A DNA stretch of 63,258 bases, filler included, from Stramenopiles sp. TOSAG23-3 (Eukaryota), in NCBI GenBank assembly GCA_900128585.1. It is 2 parts of 2 records of this genome, joined end to end, with 100 filler letters (N's around TTAATTAATTAA, not from the genome) between each part and the next. Parts side by side here need not be neighbours in the genome. Positions count along the whole stretch, not along the records: positions 31,793 to 63,258 come from LT642222.1; 1 more part is not named here. One strand, given 5' to 3'. The notes beneath the pieces are model-generated. The model was given only the letters and a program-made list of their open reading frames with translations, searched no databases and was not told the origin of the DNA. Below, one piece after another: positions 33,041 to 43,212 of this stretch; positions within the stretch are counted from its first letter, which is position 1, and the number at the start of each line of letters is the position of its first letter. Position numbers and translations under genes: made by a program.

Positions 33041-35740
33041 TTACCCTCGTTGCTTCGATTTGGACAGCATTTTAGCATTCTCTATCAGCATGTTGTTCTT
33101 CTCTGGCTCAATCTTGTTCACCCGGCAGAGTTTGTGGATGAACTTCAACGTTGCCTGAAGCTCCACCCCAAAATTCAACATGTTCAGGGCGTAGCTCCCT
33201 AGCTGGCCGAATATTATGTTTTTGTAAAACCGCATAAAGTCGGACTCGTGGCTCACCTGCTTTTCTTCCAATTGCCACTTGTGCTTCACGACCTCTTCTC
33301 GCACGGAGAGGAAGAACGCTTCCTCCCAAAAGTGCTGGTTGTGCCAGATGCGGTGGCTTTTGATGCTTTCCTGCAGGTACTCTCGGGTCTCCTCCCGTAT
33401 CTCTTCGTTCCCGTCCTTCGGGTCGGCGGCGTCCCGTTCGTTCCCCGGGCTGTTGACAAAGCGGAAAAAGGTTTCACTCATTATCATCATCATCTTCGCC
33501 CCTTTCACATCGTTCTGTTCCACACATTTGTCCAGGAAGTGGTTCATGACTTCGACAAGGTCGTCGAAGCCTTCCCCGATTGCCTGCAGCTTGCTGCGCT
33601 GCAGGTTCATGAGGCGAATCAAGTTTTGACGGTGGGACATCTTCTCCAGCAGCGGCGTGACTGTCGGGGCGAAGCCTTTCGAGTTCGCCCCGTCTTTCTC
33701 GAACGTTTTCTGGATGAACACCTCCAGCACACGCTTCTCCTCCTCGTCGCATTCCTCCGCGGAGGTGTGGTACTCCAGGGTGAAAGATTTCCACTTGTCC
33801 CCGCACAGGGAGCGCACGGTCTCGTCGTGCGTAAACAGGCGGATGTCGGAAGTCGCATCGATCGATGCTATGCTCCCTTTCAGTTTCTCCAACAGCTCCA
33901 TCCGCTGCTTTATGTGCGCCTCTTCGATCGCTACAAACCCTCTCAGGTACTCCCGCAAGTTGGATATCCGGCTCAGCTCGGTCCGTTGATACTCGTCCGA
34001 AACCTGCATGTCCGCGCGAAGGGCCTCTTTCTTGTTCTTCCCAAACTCCCGGTGCAACCGTGCCAGCTGGTCCGTCAGCTCGGACAACTCCCGGTTCTTC
34101 CGCCGCTGGCGGGTCACCAGGGGGTTCGTCACCGACTCCCGCTCCCGCTCGCTCAGCGCTTCCACCTGCCGCCGAAGTTTCTCTGCCGTGCTCTCGATGT
34201 TTATCATTTTCAGCTTCACGTCTTTGATCCGGTCGATGGAGTGGGACGTCACGCTGTCCCGCCGCTTTCGGCCATTCTCTTGGGCCTTGAAGAAGCCCTG
34301 AAGCCCCCGCGTCTGCGTCTCGATGGGGTTGACCACTTTCGCCACCACGTCGTTCCCATACCGCTCCTTCATGTTGGCCATCGTGGACGCGTGGTACTTG
34401 AACTGGCTCAGCGCATGCTGGAGCGTTCCGATCTCTTTGAACGACGCCTTTTCGCCCCAAAACGTGCTCTTCCCCATGCTTTCTCGGAGAATTTTTGCCG
34501 AACTGCTCTCTGCGTGGGCGAACGCTTTCAAAAACGGGCTCAGCTGTGCCATGCTGGACTCGGCCATGGACACCCGCCGCTCTATCCGGTCCATGCTCAC
34601 GTCCCGAAAGGACAGCTGCATCAGTTCGCGCTGCCGGGTTGCCGACATCTCCGCTTGGCGGAGCCGATCTTCTGACTTGCTGACCGAGCGCAGCTCCCTC
34701 GACGCCCCTCCCTTGCCCCCGCCCCCCAAATTGGACAACGAGAAGCCGCCCCCCGCAGCCCTGCCAGAATTAGACATTGGCATTGCGGACGACAGGGACA
34801 AGTCTTGGACCTTGTGGACCTTCGCGCGCATGATGCTTAAACGGTTGATGACCTCCTCCATCGCGATCCTATCCTGTTCGCTGTTGTCGAAACACCGGAC
34901 CTTCCGTTCCAGCACGCCGATCGCTTCCTTCGTCCTGTCGATGCTGACGTAATACGTCGTGAGTTCGTCCAGCCCATCGAAGAACTCGTCCCGGGATCCA
35001 CTTTCCTCCAGCAGGGGCAAGGCCTTCTCCATGGCCTCCAGAAAGGACCCGCCCGCCCCTGGTCCGTCGTTCTGTTCCAAGTCCACGCGCGCCTTTTCGA
35101 GCCGGGCCTTCCCCTCCCACCGCTTGGTCCCCGCTGCGATCGACGCCTTGAGCGCACCATCTAGCTTCGCGTTGGCCATGTCGTACGCCTCATCCTCTCG
35201 GTGGGAGACCCCCGCGCTGAAAAGTTTCTTGATCTTCTCCACCTCCGCCTCCATCCTCTCCTTCTCTATGTACCCTTGGCACTTCTTTATTTCCTCCACC
35301 GACTCCAGGCGGCCCTCCTCCTGCTTTGTCTCTGAGCACAACTCCATTCTCCGTCTGTGCAGCTTGATGGCCTCGTCCCAGTGCTTCAGGAGACACTCTA
35401 CGTTCGCGGCGTTCTTCAGTATGATGATCTCCTTCTTGGTCTCGCCAATCTTGCGAAACAAAAAGAGACTCATTCGGTACAAGTCCGACGCGGCTATGTT
35501 TTCCTTCAAGTTGCTGTGGGCGTTGGCTAAGTTCCCCAACGCCCGGGCCTCTTCCAGCTCCAGCTTTGCCCGCTTCGCAATGTCCCGCGCCGACTCAAAC
35601 GACAGCCTTGCCTTCTCGTAATCCTTTCCGGCTCTATAATGGTGAACTCCCTCTTCGATCAATTTGTTTGCAATTTCTTTGTGAGTCAGTTCCCGTTTCG
35701 GGAAGGACCCTGCTCCCCCTCCAGTCGCCATAGACGCCAT
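33041..35740 (-). CDS. TPR-repeat / F-BAR-like coiled-coil / SBF2-like domain protein (probable membrane trafficking)
   Basis: TPR-like EARALGNLANAH...; F-BAR-like central region (AHAESSSAKIL, VVNPIE, YQRTELSRI); C-terminal YLQESIKSHRIWHNQHFWEEAF resembling SBF2/MADD-type domains. Confidence 0.65.
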   Translation of the reverse strand: MASMATGGGAGSFPKRELTHKEIANKLIEEGVHHYRAGKDYEKARLSFESARDIAKRAKLELEEARALGNLANAHSNLKENIAASDLYRMSLFLFRKIGETKKEIIILKNAANVECLLKHWDEAIKLHRRRMELCSETKQEEGRLESVEEIKKCQGYIEKERMEAEVEKIKKLFSAGVSHREDEAYDMANAKLDGALKASIAAGTKRWEGKARLEKARVDLEQNDGPGAGGSFLEAMEKALPLLEESGSRDEFFDGLDELTTYYVSIDRTKEAIGVLERKVRCFDNSEQDRIAMEEVINRLSIMRAKVHKVQDLSLSSAMPMSNSGRAAGGGFSLSNLGGGGKGGASRELRSVSKSEDRLRQAEMSATRQRELMQLSFRDVSMDRIERRVSMAESSMAQLSPFLKAFAHAESSSAKILRESMGKSTFWGEKASFKEIGTLQHALSQFKYHASTMANMKERYGNDVVAKVVNPIETQTRGLQGFFKAQENGRKRRDSVTSHSIDRIKDVKLKMINIESTAEKLRRQVEALSERERESVTNPLVTRQRRKNRELSELTDQLARLHREFGKNKKEALRADMQVSDEYQRTELSRISNLREYLRGFVAIEEAHIKQRMELLEKLKGSIASIDATSDIRLFTHDETVRSLCGDKWKSFTLEYHTSAEECDEEEKRVLEVFIQKTFEKDGANSKGFAPTVTPLLEKMSHRQNLIRLMNLQRSKLQAIGEGFDDLVEVMNHFLDKCVEQNDVKGAKMMMIMSETFFRFVNSPGNERDAADPKDGNEEIREETREYLQESIKSHRIWHNQHFWEEAFFLSVREEVVKHKWQLEEKQVSHESDFMRFYKNIIFGQLGSYALNMLNFGVELQATLKFIHKLCRVNKIEPEKNNMLIENAKMLSKSKQRG

Positions 35741-36352
35741 TTATCCCTCCCTCGGTACAAGCAACGGCCTTGTTGGTGAGCAACAACTCGTCTCACAAGA
35801 ATATTATGGTAAATCTTGTCCGTCTCTGTCCATCCAATTTAAAAAAAAAAAACAGATGACTTTACAAGCACACACTTCCAATTCATTTTCCATTTCTTTT
35901 GCCTTTTTTATAGCATAATGGTAATGTTCTCCATCATAATAATTTTATTTTTATAATAATAATAATAGAGAAGAAGAAGTAGTCGTCTAGTCGTCGTCTA
36001 GACGTCTAGAGTGCACGCAGAGAAGAAGAAGAGGAGAGAAGATGGAAGAAAAAAAAGAAGATCATTTTTTTATTATTATTTTAACTTCTTACTTGTAATA
36101 AATTTATGGTAAAGTAATAAAAGATAATTACCTATATAATAAATAGTGAACAATACACCATCATTTTCATAAATAATAATAATATCTTAAACGCCTACAT
36201 AGCCTACACATATATACAATAATAATGAACCAATTTCGTTACCGATTCCCTTTTTAAACAACTTTGTCTACGATCCGATCCAAACGGACGTGCAGCTGAT
36301 CGATTTCGTTTCCGATTCCGATTCGGTATTAAACCCACCCCCTTCTTTGCAT

Positions 36353-37792
36353 TCAATTATTTTTCTTCCCGTTTTGTTTTCCTTTGAGCCTGGCTTGAAT
36401 GTTGGAGCGAACGGCCTCGTCTTCCTCGTTCAATACACGGCTGGTTACCCCCATTTTCACCGTTTGAATGACGCTGGGGTCAGTGAATATGTCGCACATG
36501 ATGTTGACCATGTGTTTCTGTATTTTAAGCATTCGGTCGACGGACGCGTGCTGTGAGAACGCAAGGTGGGAGGGCGATTCGTCCAGGTTTACTTTTGTCA
36601 TCTTCCGAACGATCTGCAAGTACTGCTCTTCTACGATGGGCATCATGTCGCCTACCCTGGGGTCGTCTTGTGGCACCGTCCAGTTCGTCGGAATCGCTCG
36701 TTTTTCCGTCACAATGTCTTTCACGCTGTCGTCCTCCCGCTGGAGGGCCCCACCTGGGCTTGTTGCACTGGCCCGGTTGACCATCCCCGCCCCCTTCAGA
36801 TCGTCCAGTATGCACTCGTACACCAACTTCATGACTGCCTCGTCGACGCCCCCTGGCAGCGTGTGCCGCGCCGCCTCGGCCTCCCCCTTGGTCGCGGAGT
36901 GAACGGTCTCTTTCAACATTGGGTTGGACAAGAAGCTTCCGTCGTTGTACTCCCTCCTCCCCGTCCCGAGCGTCTCCGCGGACGCGAGCCAGTCCAGTGT
37001 CCCGACCAACGCGGGATCGACCTCCTCCGAGTCCCGGTACCCTCCCCGGTTTAGTTTGTCCTCGTCGAACCTTCCAATCATGCTAAGGATGGCCACCGAC
37101 GTGCGCGCTGAGACGCCTTCCAGCCCGCGCCCCTCGGCCGCGTTGGCTTCGTTCGAGACTTCGAAGGATTGTGGGATGCCACCAGGAGACCGCGCCACGC
37201 TCGAGATTGTCACGGAGCGTTTCGAGGTCGGCGACTGCGGAAGGGATTCCGCGGCCCGTACCGGTTCTACTATACTGGCCGTCGGCCTGGGCCCCGCGGC
37301 AGCCGAGCTTTCGCTTGGTTCGGGACCTTCTACGGCTTGCTCGCTTGCAATAAGGTCTGCGAACGACCTAATGTTTCCCATCGATTCTATCTTGTTTGAC
37401 GACATGTTTGCGGACCGAAGGGATGTGATGGCCGGGCTTTCTGTCTGTTGCGGTGGAGATATCGTTTTCATGAGCGGGGGAAGGCCCGAGTCCTTCTTTC
37501 TAGCGGACCCCCGACGGCTGAGGGCAACGTCCTCCGAGTCTTCAAAATCATCGTCGTAGTCGTCCTCGTAGTCGTCTTCGTAATCTTCCTCCTCACTCCC
37601 CCCATCCTTCTCCACTTGTTTCTTCGCTGTCGACCCAACTGCAGCAGCAGCATCACCATCCCTACCATTGCCAGGATTAACGACCGCATCATTCTCCGCA
37701 CTCATCTCCGCCAACGACTCCTCGTCCTGGTCCCAAGAGTCTGCCCCATAACTATCGTCGTCAAAATCATACACATCGTCGTTATCGCTCAT
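36353..37792 (-). CDS. Hypothetical protein with acidic low-complexity N-terminus
   Basis: 479-aa ATG-initiated ORF, GC-rich and bounded by AT-rich spacers; no family recognised. Confidence 0.7.
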   Translation of the reverse strand: MSDNDDVYDFDDDSYGADSWDQDEESLAEMSAENDAVVNPGNGRDGDAAAAVGSTAKKQVEKDGGSEEEDYEDDYEDDYDDDFEDSEDVALSRRGSARKKDSGLPPLMKTISPPQQTESPAITSLRSANMSSNKIESMGNIRSFADLIASEQAVEGPEPSESSAAAGPRPTASIVEPVRAAESLPQSPTSKRSVTISSVARSPGGIPQSFEVSNEANAAEGRGLEGVSARTSVAILSMIGRFDEDKLNRGGYRDSEEVDPALVGTLDWLASAETLGTGRREYNDGSFLSNPMLKETVHSATKGEAEAARHTLPGGVDEAVMKLVYECILDDLKGAGMVNRASATSPGGALQREDDSVKDIVTEKRAIPTNWTVPQDDPRVGDMMPIVEEQYLQIVRKMTKVNLDESPSHLAFSQHASVDRMLKIQKHMVNIMCDIFTDPSVIQTVKMGVTSRVLNEEDEAVRSNIQARLKGKQNGKKNN

Positions 37793-38214
37793 TGTGTAAA
37801 GGACGTTGTTGGTACTACCTAATAATAAATGCAGAAATATGTGTAGAAACCTCTTGTTTCATTTAACATACAAAAATATATGGAGAAAGAAAACATTCCT
37901 ATTTACTTTCTTTCATTCAAACCCATCTCTCTTTCTAACTTTCTTTCTCTCACATTGCCGCCGTTACTACCTCTTCTCCTCCTCGCTCCTTCTTTTCTTT
38001 TTTTTTATTATTTTTTTTTTATTTATATTTTTTTTTTATTATTATTATTATATTTTATACCTGGTGGTGGTGTTATATATCTTCTTCTTTCTTCTTTTTG
38101 GAATTATAATTTAAAATTTTTTATTTTGAATTTGGTGGTGTGTTGTTGCAGAAGCAGACATAACATTACAGCAGAGTTTTTTAAAACGACAAAGGGTTCT
38201 CAGAGCTGAGCTGA

Positions 38215-38237
38215 GAAAGAAAGAAAGAAAGAGTCGA

Positions 38238-38295
<58 letters not shown>

Positions 38296-38368
38296 GAAAG
38301 AAAGAAACAAAGAAGAAAGAAACAAACAAAGAAAGAAACAAAGAAAGAAAGAAAGAAAGAAAGAAAGA
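38215..38368. repeat. (AAAG)n microsatellite
   Basis: Directly visible, slightly imperfect. Confidence 0.95.
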
Positions 38369-38869
38369 GATAATTATTTTTTGTTCAATTCTAGTTCAAC
38401 GTCAGTTTAGTCAAAATTTTATCCAACACAACACATCTACACGTACGTACTCCTCGTAAATAAAATACCCCTCCTTCTTCCTATATTAATATATATTAAT
38501 ACTACCAAAAGTACTATACTAAAAAATATTATTTTATTTTTTTGTTTGTTTTATTATTATTATTATATTGTTGAGGTGGTGGTATATTTAAAAAAGAGAA
38601 ATGTAATAATGTAAGTTTTAATTCAATTGAAATGGAAAGTGTAGGATGAAGGAGCGGATGATTGGTTGAAAGGAAAGAAGAAAGGGAGGACAGAAAAGAT
38701 TTCTGCCCGATCACCATTTGTTGTTCGTTTGTAAATCGTACCCCGTCCGTATTTGTTTCTACAAATTCCTGTACGTCTGTCTGTCGGGCAGAGTAGTAGT
38801 AAACCCTTCACATATACATAGGTTTAGATAGGTAGTGAACGAACGAACGAAACAAACGTCAATTTCTTC

Positions 38870-39982
38870 ATGGGTTTGGGGTATTCGCAGAAACATGCCC
38901 TGCGCCAGAAGCAGCTTTCGTTCGTGCCGAGCCACTCCGAAAACAGTGTGGAAACGGGGGACATAATATTAGTTAGGGAACTGGACAACATGGACTTCGC
39001 AGCGACGCACCCGGGCATAACGCGTGGGATGATAGGCCATATGAAGGGTCACTTTGATACAGAATTGAAAATAGAACTCAGCGGTTGGACCGGGGTGGGG
39101 GTGATCTACCGGCTACCGATCGACCGCGAAGAGCGCGCGATGTCAAAAGGAGGACGGGAACGTTTGAGGCAGAAACACGCGAAGGAACGGAACGCTTACG
39201 TCATCATTGCCGACCGGCTCGGCGTTCAGCTATGGACGTACGCAGCGTTCTTGCGCCACTCCGTCGAAGAGCACCACGTCGTCGTCTGCCGGCATTTGCA
39301 GTGCACGGCACCGGTATCGTACACCGGGCTGGACGATTTTTACAAGTGCCTGGTCCCTGTAGGGGTCTCTTGGCTCTCGTGCAGGGGGGGGAACTACCCG
39401 CACCCGTACATCAAGACGGCCCTTAGAAATGCGGCCGTCAGGTCGAAGCCCATGCCCAAGTCCATGAGGGAGGAGCTAAGTCGCTACTTTTTGAACTTGG
39501 ACATTCACGGGCTGGGGTATGTGGATGCGCGGGCCATAAAGGAGTTGCTCGTCCGTATCCACGGGAAGGACGTGTCGGATGCCCAAGTCAAGCTGCTCAT
39601 GAACGCCGTCGACATCGACCACGACGGCCACATCACCCTGGAGGAACTGATCGCCGGCTTTGAGAAGAAGCCGTTCACGGAAGTTGCGCCCGAGCACGAC
39701 TCCCGCGGGATGGTCGCGGGCGAGCTGGTCGCACTGATCTACGAAGACCTTGGGCTTTTGGTACGACGTCACGGGCTCGAGAAGACGTACGACGCGGGTA
39801 GCTTCGCAAGGGCAGGGCACATTGTCTTGCTGAAGCACGCCCACTTGAGCACTGGGGTAAGTTTAAAGTTTAAGCACGATGAGGAAGACGACAGCGACGA
39901 GGAGGACGAACTGGATCAGCTGAACGACGACGAGGACGGGTTGGACCACCAAGCTGGGGAACGATTGTTGCTGGCGACGTAA
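38870..39982 (+). CDS. EF-hand protein in a permuted papain-like (YiiX/YaeF, NlpC/P60) scaffold, probably catalytically inactive
   Basis: EF loops DIHGLGYVDARA and DIDHDGHITLEE; VETGDIILVR, WTGVGVI and GELVALIYEDLGLL match the permuted NlpC/P60 layout without the catalytic His/Cys. Confidence 0.6.
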   Translation: MGLGYSQKHALRQKQLSFVPSHSENSVETGDIILVRELDNMDFAATHPGITRGMIGHMKGHFDTELKIELSGWTGVGVIYRLPIDREERAMSKGGRERLRQKHAKERNAYVIIADRLGVQLWTYAAFLRHSVEEHHVVVCRHLQCTAPVSYTGLDDFYKCLVPVGVSWLSCRGGNYPHPYIKTALRNAAVRSKPMPKSMREELSRYFLNLDIHGLGYVDARAIKELLVRIHGKDVSDAQVKLLMNAVDIDHDGHITLEELIAGFEKKPFTEVAPEHDSRGMVAGELVALIYEDLGLLVRRHGLEKTYDAGSFARAGHIVLLKHAHLSTGVSLKFKHDEEDDSDEEDELDQLNDDEDGLDHQAGERLLLAT

Positions 39983-40103
39983 AGCCGTGGCGAGGTAGGC
40001 GTATTAATCGTGTGTAAATTTTAAAGTGTTTTTTGTTTCATACCTCGCCATTCGAATGTTACACACCAGGAGCCATTGTAAGAATTCTTAATAAATGTTT
40101 TTA

Positions 40104-42417
40104 TCACAAATCATCGCACTCTTCGCATTTGTACACCGATGCAAGGACGTAGAACCAGTGCGCCGGCCGGTCAGAAAAAAAGAACTCGCCCGAATGTACC
40201 GCTTTGCACTTCTCAAACACTGTCTTTGCCGCATTCGCAAGGAACGGGGGGATCTCTATGCTGCGGACACGCTCCGACTTGGACAGCGCGGTGACCTCGT
40301 CCAGGGTGTTTGCGGCCCCGCCACCGCCAAGCATGCCGGCGTATAGGAGAAGGTGAAGGTCGAGCATCAAGCGAGATTGGACGCGCTCCAAATGATCGTC
40401 CGCCGAAGGAACATAAAACTCCCACGACTCGTGGCACGCGATCTTTTCGAACGTAATCAAGAGCGCCCTCGCAATGATCTGCTCCCTCGATTGGGGAAGC
40501 GCGCTGTCAATGAGTTTCGTGACACACGCCAACCATTCCAACGAGGATAGCAAAAGCGCCGACGGCGTTGCCTCCTGGAACCGGTTGCGTTTGAACCATT
40601 CCGCCCTCTCGCCGCTCTCGTCCGAAGCGAACGTGGCGTCCGGCATCGAGCCGTACGTGATCAGGTCAAAGACGAGGTGGTAACTACACAGCTCGTGGCT
40701 GATGTCCTTGCCCATTCGATTCGCCATGTGCGCTCGAAACATTTCCTCTTGGCGGTAGACGGCCGTGGAAATGCTGAGGGGTTTGCTACGGCCGTCGTTT
40801 CCGTCCCCCTCCTCCCGGCGCGACTCTGCCAGGACGGCCTGGTGCCGCTTTAACGAGCTCTCCAGCTCGCTCACAGAGGCAGCGACAAAGTGTGCGCTCA
40901 TGATGACCCCGAAATGTTTCGAAACTTCGTTACTTTGTCCTTCTATTGTCGATTCTTGCTCCTGCACGACCGCAATGTACGCCACGGCAACGTCTGCCCA
41001 CGCCTGGGCCATTTTCTCCACTATTCCATCACCACACGCCGCCCGCACCACGCCCTCGTTTTCCTGAAATTTGCACAGGAGCAGAAACATTTGCTTCGAC
41101 AGTTCGTAGAACACGGCGGCGCTTGCGATCGATTCGGTCCGAGTGGCAGTTGGGCGTTCGACCGTTGCGCCGCCGGCGCTTCCCACCCGGCTGTGAGAAT
41201 CACTCTGTACCATCCGGTCCGCCGTGTTGGGGGCGCTCGCCTCGGACGTTTCCGGGTCCATCGTGTGCTTCTTCAATACTTGCTTTTCGATTTCTATTCG
41301 TTTCAACGCGTGCAAAAGCTCTGCCAACTCGCCCGTATTGCCCCCCGGCGCGTCCACGTGCCCCAGAGACGCTCGTTTCTTGAGCAACCTTTGGTGCTGT
41401 TCCTGGTAGTATGACAGGCTGGTCGCTGCGGCGGCTCGGTCCTTGGAGAAGCCCTCCCCAGACGCAACGGCAGTGCCCACGGTCGGGAGCATATCTCCCA
41501 GCGACCGAAACTCCGTTTCGACCACGTCCCAGGACTCTTGCCGCACCATGTCTGCAACGAATGCAGCGATCGACTTTACTTTTCCAAAGTACAAATTCGC
41601 CAACTCGTCAAAAATAGGCGACACCAACGCAGCGACGATGCCGATCGAATCGCGCGGTTTCCCGTCGCGGTTTGTTCTACCCCCCCCCCTCCCCGTCGCT
41701 ATCCTCGTACCCTAAATTTCGGCACAGTTTGTGTGCAGCGTCCTGGGCGACGTTCGCTATGTTGACCCCCCTCATAAAATGGTCCGTCCCGACAATGTGC
41801 TTAAAGTGTTTCCACCGCCGCTGCAAGTTTTTGTCCAGCAAGACACGGCCAAGGTCCTTGCTATACCGTAGCCCCCCCGTCTTTCCGATGGCCATGTTGC
41901 AGGTCCGAATTTGGTCGACGACAATGGAGGAGAAGACCGCCGCAAAGCTAGTCCGGACCCAATTCGACAACTCTTGGTCCAGTTGCCCCCCGAAATCCCC
42001 ATCGTGCTTCAGCTGCACGTACGCGTCACCGATTTGCTCCACTATATAGTTCATGCTATCACGCGCAAACTGCATGCGGTCGCCCGTGCACTCTATGTAC
42101 AGGTTGTATTTTTTAATTTTTGACAGCTGCAAGCGTAGAAACAACAAAAGGTCGTCGTTGGATTTTCCAACCTCTGTCTCCTTTGCAGACTCATCGTGTA
42201 CCAAGTCCTCCATGGTAACCCCTTGGCAGATGCCAAAGTCTAGCGCAGAATCCTGTACACTGTTTTGTGCCCTGGTCAACTGCGCCAGGACGCCTGTAAC
42301 ACTGCCCTGAAGCCCACCGTTCAACAATTTCACCGCTTCATTAATATCATTCACGGTTTCCTTCGAGTCCTGAGTCAACCCGCTCAACGCCCTCGACGCC
42401 CTCGACACTACGTTCAT
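40104..42417 (-). CDS. Large alpha-helical protein of about 770 aa, split into two ORFs at a G10 homopolymer (41680-41689); possibly a tethering-complex subunit
   Basis: Upstream ORF ends GAG-G9-TAG, and removing one G fuses it to the 40104-41627 frame. Coding-like GC is continuous across the junction. The function guess rests only on a C-terminal RLMLDLHLL helix and is weak. Confidence 0.6.
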
Positions 42418-43212
42418 CCCTTCTTCTGCAAACACACACACGCAGAGACACACACACACACTACGCAAGACCTGTACCAACACGGAACGTTTCGTATACA
42501 GTTCTTTCAAACATACTCCTTTTTAATGAAAAAGAAAAAGAGAAATCATTTTAAACTATTTTCAAACTTCAACCATTTTTTGAAATTCCATTTCCTCAAC
42601 AACAAACGAAGAGCAATAATTATTATTGAAAATATAATAAAATAAAAAAACCAAAAGAAGAAGAAAGAAGAACGGAAGAAGAAGAAGACTGACTGACTAC
42701 GGTAGGTACGGCCGGTACGGTATTACGTACTGACTCTCCTCCTCCTCTCTTCTCTCTTCTTCTTCTCTCCTCCTCTCTATCATCCCCCCTGGCCCCCTCC
42801 CTGCTGGCGCCTGGCGCTTACTTATTTTAAAGTAAACGTACTTATATTTCGTAGTGGTAGTCCCTATTTTAATAATCCAATTTATTAAAAAATAAATTGA
42901 ATGATGAAGAAGGGATCTGATTGATTGCATTGGCAGGAATGCATTGCATTGCATGTCGTATAAATCTATCATTAAAAAGATATACCTTTTATATTTATTT
43001 AATGTATGTATGTGTATGTATATACGTATGTAAAGAATCCACAAGAGATCATTTTTAAATTGAAAGTAAGGTTCATTATTTTGTACGTGGTAGATTCAAC
43101 TGAATTGAATTGCTTTTTAAACAAGGAACGTTCAACGATTTTTGCTTAACTGGTGTGGTGCAGGGCGGGCGCGTAATATACGACGACTCATCGTCATCAG
43201 CAGCAGAATACT

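Noticed and set aside
33248..34675. Long antisense or alternative-frame ORFs (e.g. 33248-34675, 49019-50422, 61633-63069, 6454-7446)
   Set aside because: They are shadows of GC-rich, codon-biased real genes and carry no recognisable motifs.
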